From NCBI GenBank assembly GCA_048938895.1, contig JBHLLU010000016.1:1-64000 (forward strand): a stretch of DNA of 64,000 nt, read 5' to 3'. The position numbers and the translations under genes were made by a program. Of the stretch, positions 38,133 through 48,009 are shown piece by piece (position 1 is the stretch's first letter; every line of letters begins with the position of its first letter). This DNA is from Promethearchaeota archaeon (lineage in GTDB: Archaea; Asgardarchaeota; Lokiarchaeia; Sigyniarchaeales; SOKP01). A model generated the notes under the pieces. The model was not told the origin of the DNA. It searched no databases and was given only the letters and a program-made list of their open reading frames with translations.

Positions 38133-39371
38133 ATGATAAAATTGGACAGAGAAGAATCGCTTAAAGAAGTATTAAAAAATAAGAAAAAACGTTTATTAGA
38201 TACTTTAGTTGTAAATCAAATCCTAAAGGATAAAAGATTAATTAAGGCTTTTATGGAAATTCCTTTAGAGCGATTTATACCTGACAAATTGAGAGAATTG
38301 GTAAAACTTTATGAAGATGTTCCAAATCTGTTCTATTATGATGAACATAACCCAAAAAATTATCGTACAATCTCAGCACCCCATATGATTACGATAATGC
38401 TCCAGGGCTTATCTTTAGAATCTAATGATGATCTTCTTATTCTGGGAGCTAAATCGGGTTATATCGCCGCTCTCGCTCATCATTTAGCACCAAAAGGAGA
38501 AATCGTAATTCTTGAAGCGAATGCTGAAATCGCTAGAATTACTGCTGAAAATCTTAAGAAATTAAAATTAGATAATAACATTACTATTATTGTAAAAAAT
38601 CCCTTAAACGGAATGCCAGATTTATCTCCTTGGCAAAAAATTTTGGTTACGGGTGCGATTGAACAATCAAAAATATATCCTTTATTATACCAACTTGATA
38701 AAGATGGTGGAGTTCTATTCGCTCCTATAGGACAGGATAAAGTTCAAATCTATACTCAAATTTTAAGAGAAAAAGATGAATTCTATGGTAAACAGCAACT
38801 TCAAGTGAAATTTTCACCGTTAATTACTCAAGTTGAAATTGATGAGTTGGAATTGATAACCGATATAGATGAGTTTGATCTCATAAGTCAAAAAGTACCC
38901 TTTAATTCAGGATCGGAGAAATGGGATTTAAATAAGAAAATTGAAATTAGATATACTACTGACATTCTTGAGAAGATTAGTCATGATTTACCTAAGACAA
39001 AGAGCAAAACAGTAAGTTCTAAAGATCATAAATTAGTATTATCTCATATAGAAAAAATAGTAGAAAATATACTTAAATTAAAAAAAGAAGAGAATCTTGA
39101 TGAATGTTTTAGGATTCTTGATGATAATGAACAAATTTTAGGAGAACTTAGAGCTTATAAAAGCGAATTTGAAATAAAAATTAAAAAAATGCAGCAAATC
39201 TTAAACCAAATACGATCTTACATTATTGTTAGAAAAGAATTAGAAATGAAAGATCTATCTGAATCGATTAGAATTCAACAGAAATTGGCAATTATTAACA
39301 AGCAAATTGAAGAGATTAATGGTTTTCTTAGTTTTCTAGCAAATGAAAAGAATAGAATTAAGGCAGTCTAA
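38133..39371 (+). CDS. pcm: Protein-L-isoaspartate O-methyltransferase-like protein with long helical C-terminal extension
   Basis: AFMEIP.E.F, TISAPHM..IML, LILGAKSGY.AA, ILVTGA, L.QL..GG.L.APIG, V.FSPL. Confidence 0.75.
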   Translation: MIKLDREESLKEVLKNKKKRLLDTLVVNQILKDKRLIKAFMEIPLERFIPDKLRELVKLYEDVPNLFYYDEHNPKNYRTISAPHMITIMLQGLSLESNDDLLILGAKSGYIAALAHHLAPKGEIVILEANAEIARITAENLKKLKLDNNITIIVKNPLNGMPDLSPWQKILVTGAIEQSKIYPLLYQLDKDGGVLFAPIGQDKVQIYTQILREKDEFYGKQQLQVKFSPLITQVEIDELELITDIDEFDLISQKVPFNSGSEKWDLNKKIEIRYTTDILEKISHDLPKTKSKTVSSKDHKLVLSHIEKIVENILKLKKEENLDECFRILDDNEQILGELRAYKSEFEIKIKKMQQILNQIRSYIIVRKELEMKDLSESIRIQQKLAIINKQIEEINGFLSFLANEKNRIKAV

Positions 39372-39481
39372 ACAAAATTCTTTCAATAAATTTTATTTTA
39401 AAATACTTAATCTTAAATCTTATTTTAGAGAGTAAAAATATTTTAATTCTTACAATTATATTTTGAAGTAGTGTATTAATT

Positions 39482-40678
39482 ATGATATCAATTGTTCGAG
39501 TAGAGACAGAATCGTTAGAGGATGTTAAAGATGCAATGGGGAAATTAATTGATCAACTTGGTTATAATCCATCCAAACCACGAGTATTCTTAAAACCAAA
39601 TATTGTAGATGCTTTACCTCCTGATCATGCTGTAGATGTTGATCCAATAGTAACTGCGGGATTAATTTTAGCACTTAATGAGCGATTTGATATCGAAGAA
39701 TTTTTAATTGGGGAAAATTCAGGTTATTTTTCAGAAAAACCTAAAAATTTTGAACGCCTGATTAAAACTTCTGGCTATAAGGATATGGTTGAGAATCTAA
39801 AAAAAAACTATAATATTCCCTTAAAGCTTATTAATCTAGAATATGTAGATATGGATGATTATAACTGGAAATTCAAGCCATTTAAATTAAAGCTTCCTTC
39901 TATTTTAAAAACCCATAGTTATGTTAATATCCCTAAGATGAAGACTCATGGCACCTGTATGGTCACTTTGGGAGTTAAAAATCAAAAAGGTCTTCTTCTT
40001 CTTAGAGATAAGAAAAAGTTCCATCTTGGGTTTAGAGATGATGATGGGAAGTACCATAGTACCTTGCATGAGTGTATTTTTGAATTGGGCAATCTTATAA
40101 AACCTGAACTTACAATATGTGACGCTACTACCGCACTGGAAGGGAATGGCCCTACAACAAGTCCAAGTACTACTTGGGTAAGAAAATTAGGGATATGCAT
40201 TGGAGGGACTGATATGATTGAAGTGGATAATGCCTGTTGTCAAATCATGGGCATTCCAGTGGATCTCGTAAAACATTTGCCTAAAGTTGAAGTTTCTCTA
40301 GCTCAAAGTAGTCTATCATTAGAATGTAAAAAGCCATTTAAAAGACCGATTAAACGCACTGAACCCTATGGAAATATGTATCATCATTCATCTATGTGGA
40401 CATGTACAGGATGCCAAATGACCTTAAGTAGAATGAATAGAAAAATATATTATACGCCGGAATTGAAAGAAAAATTAAAAGAGAGAACGAAGAAATATAA
40501 GAGAATTGACTTTTTTGTGGGAAGGACTGAGGAAGAGGATATTCCTGAAGACCATGGTGTTCTTTTATTTTGTGGGAATTGTACAGCTAAAGTAGCTAAA
40601 CTATATCCCAGTGCAGTATATGTGCCGGGATGCCCTCCACATTATCGGGATTTAGCAGATAAATATGTAAACATGTGA
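39482..40678 (+). CDS. DUF362 domain Fe-S protein
   Basis: VFLKPN, IGENSG, NIPKMKTH...TLGVKN.KG, EGNGP, CTGC, GNC, PGCPP. Confidence 0.85.
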   Translation: MISIVRVETESLEDVKDAMGKLIDQLGYNPSKPRVFLKPNIVDALPPDHAVDVDPIVTAGLILALNERFDIEEFLIGENSGYFSEKPKNFERLIKTSGYKDMVENLKKNYNIPLKLINLEYVDMDDYNWKFKPFKLKLPSILKTHSYVNIPKMKTHGTCMVTLGVKNQKGLLLLRDKKKFHLGFRDDDGKYHSTLHECIFELGNLIKPELTICDATTALEGNGPTTSPSTTWVRKLGICIGGTDMIEVDNACCQIMGIPVDLVKHLPKVEVSLAQSSLSLECKKPFKRPIKRTEPYGNMYHHSSMWTCTGCQMTLSRMNRKIYYTPELKEKLKERTKKYKRIDFFVGRTEEEDIPEDHGVLLFCGNCTAKVAKLYPSAVYVPGCPPHYRDLADKYVNM

Positions 40679-40808
40679 TTTATTGCTGAGAGTGCTCAGT
40701 GAACACATTCTATAGCAAGATATTAATCATTGATTATACTAGCTTACATTATTGATTATATAATTCCATTTATTATATATTGAAACTAATTGTATTTTTT
40801 AATTTTAA

Positions 40809-41321
40809 TCAATTTTCAAGAAACGCTAATACCGACTTCATAAATTGAGGTAAATCGTCTGGTGTTCTTGAAGTTATGAGATTACTATCAATCACAACAG
40901 CAGAATCTTCAAAAAGTGCGCCTGCATTTATCATATCATCTTTAATAGCAAAATAACTAGTTGCTTTACGATTCCTTATTATATTCGCAGAGATTAAGAC
41001 CCATCCTGCATGACATATAGCACCAACTAATTTTTTTTGATCATTAAGTTCTTTAACAAATTTTAAGACACCAGGTTCCCTTCTAAGATGATCTGGATTT
41101 GTTGTGCCACCAGGTATTATTACCCCATCATAATTATTTGGATTTGCTTCTCTAATTAATTTATCCGGTTTAAAAGGATATCCAAATTTTCCCTTTATTT
41201 CTCTTCTATGTAAACTAATTAATTCTGTTTTATATCCCGCTTCAATCAATCTTAATCGTGGAAAATGGAATTCTAACTCTTCATAACCATCAGTAGCGAG
41301 AAATGCTATTATTTTTACCAT
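40809..41321 (-). CDS. pfpI: PfpI/DJ-1 family protease/deglycase (C56)
   Basis: GYEELE, IIPGG, AICHAG, D.NLITSR.PDDLP.F. Confidence 0.92.
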   Translation of the reverse strand: MVKIIAFLATDGYEELEFHFPRLRLIEAGYKTELISLHRREIKGKFGYPFKPDKLIREANPNNYDGVIIPGGTTNPDHLRREPGVLKFVKELNDQKKLVGAICHAGWVLISANIIRNRKATSYFAIKDDMINAGALFEDSAVVIDSNLITSRTPDDLPQFMKSVLAFLEN

Positions 41322-41400
41322 AATAAATTATCTCATTACATTATTTATACTTTTTTATACATTATAATATATCAAATTTCCTCATAATTTTTATAAAATT

Positions 41401-42033
41401 TTAGGAGATATTGAGAAATCCTACATATATCACCAAAATTGTAATTATTAGAAGAAAAAAGTTTAATGGGGTCGGTATAATGCGATTTGGTGTTTTTTCC
41501 ATAAATTTTTTATAATCCTTCCCATATTTTGGGATTAAAATTAGTTTTTCTTCACATAAAGCATGTATATCTACTATTATAAGTAAAATAGGACATAATA
41601 TTAATGAAGTTATTGAATCTGATATTAAAGCTATTCCAAAAAAGATTATTACCCAACCAGAATATATTGGGTGCCTTATAATTCTAAATACTCCCGTTGT
41701 CGCTAATTTAGAACTTGTCTCATCTAGGGATTTAACCTTATACACTTTTTTTGCTCTTTTTGCAAAATTAATACCAACAATAATAAATATTAGCCCCAAT
41801 AATGCAAATAAATTCCAATAGTCTTTAAAATAACTCCAGTTATCTTTAATAAAAAATCTTAAGAGCCCTGAATTAACAATAGGTATAGAAATTAATGTTA
41901 TTGCCCATATAACTGGAAAAAGTTTAAAAAACAACGAAAAATCTTTTTTTTTGACTTTTAAGAATATTAACCAGTAAAAAAAAATATTAAACATAAAAAC
42001 TACAAGGAAGATAATCGTTAAGAATAGTATCAA
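41401..42033 (-). CDS. Isoprenylcysteine carboxyl methyltransferase (ICMT/PEMT) family membrane protein
   Basis: L.TTGVFR.IRHP.YSG and EEKL....YG.DY..F motifs. Confidence 0.85.
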   Translation of the reverse strand: MILFLTIIFLVVFMFNIFFYWLIFLKVKKKDFSLFFKLFPVIWAITLISIPIVNSGLLRFFIKDNWSYFKDYWNLFALLGLIFIIVGINFAKRAKKVYKVKSLDETSSKLATTGVFRIIRHPIYSGWVIIFFGIALISDSITSLILCPILLIIVDIHALCEEKLILIPKYGKDYKKFMEKTPNRIIPTPLNFFLLIITILVIYVGFLNIS

Positions 42034-42165
42034 TTTTTTCTAAACTATTTTGTTATGTGTTAAGTAATAGAATTTTTAGAAATGAAATATATTTTTTTGA
42101 AATTGAATATTTTTAAAATTGGCTATTTAATCTTACATATTAATATTATTATTTAGGTAATTAGA

Positions 42166-42516
42166 ATGGAAGAAGAAGACAATTTAACAGGAAAGGAATT
42201 AGAAGTACTCTATGAAGTTCTGTTTAAAAGAATAATGGAGATAATGAAAGTACCAGAAAGTGATTTAGATCCATTTGGGGAAATGATTAATAGATTATCA
42301 GTATTATCCGGTATATTTTCATTTAAAGGGATGATATCTTTAATTCCAGAGTTAATAGCATATGCTATAAAATATGGAATGATGGTAGAAAAGGCATATG
42401 AAGAAGAATTAATAAATTTAGAAGAAGATACTCAGGGTATTGGAACAGAGGAACAACAGGAAAGAAGAATTTCTCGGATTAGAGACGACATTGATAAACT
42501 AAGCATGTATTTATAG
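42166..42516 (+). CDS. Acidic helical hypothetical protein
   Basis: 116-aa ORF with AGGT SD; divergent from the ICMT gene. Confidence 0.65.
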   Translation: MEEEDNLTGKELEVLYEVLFKRIMEIMKVPESDLDPFGEMINRLSVLSGIFSFKGMISLIPELIAYAIKYGMMVEKAYEEELINLEEDTQGIGTEEQQERRISRIRDDIDKLSMYL

Positions 42517-42627
42517 CATTATAACATTTCACTTACTTTATTTTTTTCTTATTCTTTATAAGCGTTATATAAAAACGAAGTAAAAAAAATAAAATAAAAT
42601 AGAATAAGGATATTAAAATTAAGGAAA

Positions 42628-44739
42628 TTAAGTATATTTATTTTTAAAGCTCTTCAATTTGACCATCACTTCGTCTCTAAGAGAACCTACAATTATTTTA
42701 TCTCCCAGAGATTTCATTTCTTTAGCAAAAGCTAACATTTGGTGCAGTACAGGACCTGGTGGGAATTCATCTCTCCTTTGTTCTAGGATATTACCTAATA
42801 CTTCACCAGTTGGAGCTCGATCGACAGCTTTATAAATCTCAACAAATGTATCATGTATTTTTCCCGCTTGAGAATCTGCAACATGAGCTTTTGGAGTTCC
42901 TGTAGCTGATTGAGGCATACTAGAGGAACTCGATGATTCACCTCCCCCCCTTCCTAAAACTATTATGACAGGTTCAGATCGATGATAATCACCAGCACCA
43001 GAGCAATTATAATTTATACTTACTGAAGCTCCTCCTTTAATCTCCGGTACTTTTACATGCAATTCTGATAAATCTCCTTCTTGTACTACTTCATGGGTTG
43101 CACCAGCTGGAGGTGTAAATTCAGTAAGACTAAAACCAGTTGGAATGATATCTTTAACAAGTACATTTTCTAATTCTACATCTCCTTTATTTTGAACTCT
43201 TACACCAATAGTAAACTCTCCTTCACTAAGACCCGGTTTTATACTTTTAAGAGTTTTTAACTTACGTTTAACATATCTTACTTTAAGCTCTGGTTTTTCA
43301 TCAGGGCTTTTTATGAAGGATTTACCTTCCACTGGACTATTAATATCTATTTTTACGGGAGTCATGTATTTAGTTTCTGTGGGAGGTCGAGGATTTCGTG
43401 CTAAAAGTGGATAAGATATTACCATTTGCTTTCCAGGAAGAAATTCATTAGCAAGGTTATATAACTCTACATAAATTTGATGCTTGTGAGAAAAATCCTG
43501 ATCACTTGGATCAATCAAAATCTTTTGAACAAATTCCTCTCTTGAACTTATGTCAATATCCCCTAAAAGGATTTTAATATCTTTTACTAAGGGAGGGATA
43601 AAATCAGGGGGAGTTTCGTCTGATAAGAAAAATTTATCAATTATAGAAGACCCATCATTTACTATATTGTTTGCAATTACCATATCTGTATTAGCATAAG
43701 CATCTACCTCAGGGGGATTTATATTTTTATCAACTGTAGCACTTAAAACAGTGTAAATTGTGGAGTCTTTTATGATCTTACCGACAACCCTAGGAATTAA
43801 AACAAACAGGGGAGTAAATCCGATTTCAGAACTTAATTCTGGTACATCTTTTGCTTCGACTTGAAAATCAAAATCCCATGATTCGTCAGGATTTAAGACT
43901 TTGTCTGGTGTTTGAGACACTACTGTTTCTGTTCCAGTGGTAATTGATTGGGAGACTTTTACATCCTCAAGTCTAACTTGAAAACCAGATTCATTAATAA
44001 ATTCAACATTACAATCCCACATACCAGGTTGAGTCCCCTCATCTCTATCAATCCCACTCATCGAGTCAGTGAGTCCCCTAATTTCAGGGTTTACCATCGT
44101 TAATTTGTAATTGTTTATTAAATAATCAATAGTTAAAACCCCAAGTTCTTGTGGTGTTAATTCTTTCATATTTACTGTAAAAAATATCTCGAGCTGAGCA
44201 TTATTTCCTGCATCCAGGGATGTTAACTCCCAAACTAACGATTTTTTGCCATCCTCTTCTTTTATATTCGCATCTCCGTTACTAGGATTTCTCATTTCGA
44301 TTTCTTGAATAAATGCAGGTATATCCCTTCTAACTTTTATCTCTAAAACAGGTAAATTCAAAGGATTTGTTAAAACGAGTTTTAGACTACATTTATTATC
44401 AGTATTATAAAGAAATGCATTATTTACTTTACCTGAATCGGATTTATCAGTATCAAAAATTTCCTCAACTTTTAGAGTAGAAGCTTTCAGTTCTTTTATC
44501 TCATACTCTTTTCTAAATTCTTGACTTGGATTCAGTGACCCTACAGTTAGCTCTTTTGATTCAATAGAAGTATTTACTATTTCTTTAACATTACAATTTA
44601 GATTCCATAATCGACTCTGTTGAGAAGGATTTTTAATTATAAGAGTTCCACTACCTGAAATTTCTTTTAAATTTTGAGATCCGTCGAGAACTATGTGCTC
44701 GCGTTCAGTTAAATCAATTATTACTAGATTTTCTGACAT
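42628..44739 (-). CDS. Large cytoplasmic beta-sandwich protein with putative N-terminal mu-homology (adaptin mu / delta-COP-like) domain and DUF11/Ig-like repeats
   Basis: No signal peptide; VIIDLTERE.IVLD...L.EI.GSGTL.I and LVWELTSLDAGN.AQLEI; N.GD..L.NV.V.D.IP.GF; Ser-rich linker and helical tail. Confidence 0.5.
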   Translation of the reverse strand: MSENLVIIDLTEREHIVLDGSQNLKEISGSGTLIIKNPSQQSRLWNLNCNVKEIVNTSIESKELTVGSLNPSQEFRKEYEIKELKASTLKVEEIFDTDKSDSGKVNNAFLYNTDNKCSLKLVLTNPLNLPVLEIKVRRDIPAFIQEIEMRNPSNGDANIKEEDGKKSLVWELTSLDAGNNAQLEIFFTVNMKELTPQELGVLTIDYLINNYKLTMVNPEIRGLTDSMSGIDRDEGTQPGMWDCNVEFINESGFQVRLEDVKVSQSITTGTETVVSQTPDKVLNPDESWDFDFQVEAKDVPELSSEIGFTPLFVLIPRVVGKIIKDSTIYTVLSATVDKNINPPEVDAYANTDMVIANNIVNDGSSIIDKFFLSDETPPDFIPPLVKDIKILLGDIDISSREEFVQKILIDPSDQDFSHKHQIYVELYNLANEFLPGKQMVISYPLLARNPRPPTETKYMTPVKIDINSPVEGKSFIKSPDEKPELKVRYVKRKLKTLKSIKPGLSEGEFTIGVRVQNKGDVELENVLVKDIIPTGFSLTEFTPPAGATHEVVQEGDLSELHVKVPEIKGGASVSINYNCSGAGDYHRSEPVIIVLGRGGGESSSSSSMPQSATGTPKAHVADSQAGKIHDTFVEIYKAVDRAPTGEVLGNILEQRRDEFPPGPVLHQMLAFAKEMKSLGDKIIVGSLRDEVMVKLKSFKNKYT

Positions 44740-44910
44740 TCAATAATCTTCTCGTGTTTTTATTATTATGATTTAGAAAATATTTTATACAAAATTTGTT
44801 ATCAAAATAATAAAGTTGATCTTTTTATACTTTAGGAAATGTTAAATGAACGGAATTATTAAATGAATACTTTATAATTAGATATAATAATTAATTTAAT
44901 TAGAATTATC

Positions 44911-45735
44911 GTGGTTAACGACAAATTTTGGGAAGTTGTTAAAGAGTTTAATTTATTAATGAAGTCAGCGATTAAAGGTCCAAATTGTTTAGATATATGT
45001 AATGGTGATTGCTGTTCGATTAAGATTGATGTCCCCAAATTACTAGCTCAAGAGTATATTGAACGAGGATATGCTGTCAAAACAGATTTTGTTAGAAGCG
45101 ATGTTTTTAGCCTTAAGCTGAGATTTGACGAAAAAAAGGGAAAATGCTTTCTTTTCAACAAAGAGATAAATGGTTGTTCCGTCCATAATTCAGGAATAAA
45201 ACCCCCTCAATGTTGGATTTACCCTACGAATTTTTCAAATTCAGAAAATAACGATTTAAGCTGCAAAAAAGCAGGAGGATGGAAAATTGTTGATCCAGAA
45301 AAAGCCATTGATGCTGAAAGACTCTTAAAATACTATGTTTTTTTATGTAAACTAGAAGCCAGAAAAGAACAAAAAAATGTTATAAATCGTATAAATAAGA
45401 GTATGGTAAATAGAAATTTGCAAAATCTACTAAAAAAGATCTCTCCAAGCCAAATTTCTGGATTTAAAGATAGTTGGGACTGTATTTCTCTATTACCTGC
45501 AGAAGGTATCTCTTTACAATTAAAAAAATTATGTTTATATACGAACCCTTCATGTGAACTAGTTCTATATAATAATTTTTTAGAATGTAAATCGATTTGT
45601 GCTAAAGTTACAGAAAATATTCTTTTTTTTTTACAACAAACTCTGCAGAACTATGTAAACAAAAATGGTGCAGATATAAATGGGGAATATCTTTTCAATG
45701 ATTTAAAATTAAAAGATTTTTCTGTCGGAGAATAG
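44911..45735 (+). CDS. YkgJ/CxxCxxCC family cysteine-cluster protein
   Basis: C..IC.GDCC, C.LF...GCSVH...KP.QC.IYP. Confidence 0.75.
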   Translation: MVNDKFWEVVKEFNLLMKSAIKGPNCLDICNGDCCSIKIDVPKLLAQEYIERGYAVKTDFVRSDVFSLKLRFDEKKGKCFLFNKEINGCSVHNSGIKPPQCWIYPTNFSNSENNDLSCKKAGGWKIVDPEKAIDAERLLKYYVFLCKLEARKEQKNVINRINKSMVNRNLQNLLKKISPSQISGFKDSWDCISLLPAEGISLQLKKLCLYTNPSCELVLYNNFLECKSICAKVTENILFFLQQTLQNYVNKNGADINGEYLFNDLKLKDFSVGE

Positions 45736-45862
45736 AAGAATCCCAACTCGAAAATTCTATTTAATTGAAAAATCATTGTATTCTCTGCATATTACTTATT
45801 TTTAAGTAATATTATGTAAATGTTATTCCTATAACATGGTTATATAACAATTGTGAATTTTT

Positions 45863-46231
45863 ATGGCATTTTCTGATAAAACTTTAAATGATTTAGCCAA
45901 AAATGTTTTTTCTGATAAGTATGATTTTGTTAAAGGCCCAATTCAAGTAAAAGGAGATTCTGGAAAATTTTGGAAATTCGATGCAGTGGTAAAAAATAAA
46001 CTTAGTACATTTGGAGTGTTTATTAGAGATTGGAAAAGAGAGATTTCAATCACCCAGCTTCGTCAATTGCATAAAGCTTGTATTGACACGAAAATTCAGG
46101 GAGGTATCATGGTATGTAATATTATTACAGATTTTTCAAGAGATTACAGTTCACAATTTGGAATTCAACTATTATCAAGAGGTCATTTAATTTCTACATT
46201 ACGTAGAAGGAAATTTCAGAATAATTTTTAA
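45863..46231 (+). CDS. Stand-alone Mrr-cat-like PD-(D/E)xK fold protein, catalytic ExK degenerate
   Basis: KG.SG..W.FD, VFIRDW (instead of ECK.W), I....LRQL, GGIMV...T, A/S...GI.L. Confidence 0.6.
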   Translation: MAFSDKTLNDLAKNVFSDKYDFVKGPIQVKGDSGKFWKFDAVVKNKLSTFGVFIRDWKREISITQLRQLHKACIDTKIQGGIMVCNIITDFSRDYSSQFGIQLLSRGHLISTLRRRKFQNNF

Positions 46232-46253
46232 TCATAAATTAGGGTTAATTTAA

Positions 46254-46418
46254 ATGTGTAAAGGTTTCAGTTGTTTAGATTGTCCCGCATTTACTACTAC
46301 CCATTGTTATTATTATGGTAAAGATTTTATGGATTACTATAAAAAAGTTCGACTCGAAAGATATAATGCACCTAATAAATATTATCATAATTTAGAGATA
46401 GTGGAATTTAAAACTTGA
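46254..46418 (+). CDS. Small Cys/Tyr-rich hypothetical protein (54 aa), not in the ORF track
   Basis: Manual translation MCKGFSCLDCPAFTTTHCYYYGKDFMDYYKKVRLERYNAPNKYYHNLEIVEFKT; starts 22 bp after the upstream stop. Confidence 0.5.
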   Translation: MCKGFSCLDCPAFTTTHCYYYGKDFMDYYKKVRLERYNAPNKYYHNLEIVEFKT

Positions 46419-46545
46419 AGTTCCTTTAGGTTAATTTGAAGAAGCAAAAGGAATAATACCTACTCTTACAAATGTTAAATATTTATAAATTCCCAATCAA
46501 AAATAATATAATATAGTACAACTTAGAAATTCAAAGGATAGAAAT

Positions 46546-46839
46546 TTGATATTCTTGTACGACTTAAATGAAGAATCTGAGAAATTTGAAGAAATTGAGA
46601 TAAAAGAGAATGTCCCCTTGTTTGAAGTATTGGATTCTGATAAGATTCTGCTTTTTGTAGATATGCATAATGAAAAAGTGTGGGTATGGGAGGGTAAAAA
46701 CACTTCTACAAGACTTAAATTTATCTCCACTCAGGAAGCACCTAAAATTCGGGATAAATACGATCTTAGTTTTACAATCAGTTCCGTTGATGATGGCGAT
46801 GAAACTGCTGCTTTTAAAATATTAGTAGGACTCGTATGA
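46546..46839 (+). CDS. Single-domain gelsolin/villin-like protein (Asgard ProGel type)
   Basis: LDSDKILLFVD...VWVWEGKNTS.R.KF...I..VDDGDET.AF matches the gelsolin repeat consensus. Confidence 0.8.
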   Translation: MIFLYDLNEESEKFEEIEIKENVPLFEVLDSDKILLFVDMHNEKVWVWEGKNTSTRLKFISTQEAPKIRDKYDLSFTISSVDDGDETAAFKILVGLV

Positions 46840-46908
46840 GTTAATTTTTTATTTTCGAGTAATAGTTTTATATTATATATTTTAAAATTATTTCTATTAG
46901 TCTAATTA

Positions 46909-48000
46909 ATGGATATTTTATTAAAAATGGAATTTTTAAAAAATACAATTGGTATTAGTAATAAAAAGGGGCGCCCATATGGTCAAATCTCTTCAAAAGG
47001 AAATTATAAAGAGATGTTAATAGAATCTAAAAAGATTGTAAATGAACTCGCAAAGGAAGAAGGTGTAATTGGTATAACTTTATGTGGAGGCCTTAGTAGA
47101 GGATATGCTGATGATTTATCTGAAATAGATCTATTAGTGTTTTTAGAAGAAGAGATTTATGATAAATGGATTACTGGTATGGGTCCAATCCCTCATGGTG
47201 ATGCATTATGGAGAGGGAATTATATAGATGTTGAATTTCTATCATATGAAATGGAAAAAACAGAAGATTGGGACTTAATTAAGAAGTGGGATGCTTCCTA
47301 TAACTTAATTCTATTTGATCCTCAGGGAAAGATAGAGGCTTTATTTAAAGAGAAAGACATATTTAGTTCAAAGGAAAAATTTCAATGTATCTCAGAATAT
47401 TTTGGGAAGTGTGTGTATATTGGCAACGTAGTAATTGAACAATGGATTAAAAGAGGGGACCCTCTCGCAGCCAACCAATTGGTTAATAGCGGAATCTACG
47501 GTTTAATAGGGTTAGTATTTCTAGCCAATGACGAATATCCTCCTTTTGAGAAATGGGCTTTGAACTATTCTTATTCTCTCAAATGGTTACCTAAAGATTG
47601 GAAAAAAAGAATTTCTGAGATTCTTCTTACTAAAGAAATTACTATTAAGGAAGCTGAAAGAAGACATAGATTATTTATTGAGCTATACAAGGATTGCTGG
47701 GTAAAGGTCGTTGGTAAAGAGTTAAAAGATTTGGAATTTATTGACATTATCACTTTAAAAGAGTTACAATTCATAGTAGATAATTCTCCAGTACTTTTTG
47801 ATAAATTTAGTGAGACATTTGATATAAAACACTTATCATATGAACCAATATATAAATTAACAAATATTATTACAAAAAAAGGGAAAAAATACATTAATTT
47901 CAACCATGAAAAGTTCTTCGAACAAAAAAAAGATAATTTCCCCGATATCTTAGAGTGGAGTAAACCTTTACTTAATAAATTAAAATTATATAAAGAGTAA
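46909..48000 (+). CDS. Pol-beta-type nucleotidyltransferase with DUF4037-like helical domain
   Basis: GGLSRGYADDLSEIDL, RGD, LFLAN-like/YPP..KW motifs. Confidence 0.75.
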   Translation: MDILLKMEFLKNTIGISNKKGRPYGQISSKGNYKEMLIESKKIVNELAKEEGVIGITLCGGLSRGYADDLSEIDLLVFLEEEIYDKWITGMGPIPHGDALWRGNYIDVEFLSYEMEKTEDWDLIKKWDASYNLILFDPQGKIEALFKEKDIFSSKEKFQCISEYFGKCVYIGNVVIEQWIKRGDPLAANQLVNSGIYGLIGLVFLANDEYPPFEKWALNYSYSLKWLPKDWKKRISEILLTKEITIKEAERRHRLFIELYKDCWVKVVGKELKDLEFIDIITLKELQFIVDNSPVLFDKFSETFDIKHLSYEPIYKLTNIITKKGKKYINFNHEKFFEQKKDNFPDILEWSKPLLNKLKLYKE

Positions 48001-48009
48001 CATGTAAAA

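Noticed and set aside
40683-40702. Hairpin CTGAG-AGTG-CTCAG after the DUF362 gene as a SECIS element or Sec read-through signal
   Set aside because: The stem is very short, there is no in-frame UGA at a Cys-equivalent position, and the protein appears complete. At most a terminator-like hairpin.
41401-42033. Eukaryote-like CaaX prenylation pathway (ICMT + CPBP + Rab)
   Set aside because: ICMT-family proteins are widespread in prokaryotes, the CPBP domain is degenerate, and neither GTPase-like protein ends in a Cys motif.
45863-46231. Restriction-modification system
   Set aside because: No DNA methyltransferase or specificity subunit is adjacent, and the catalytic motif is degenerate.
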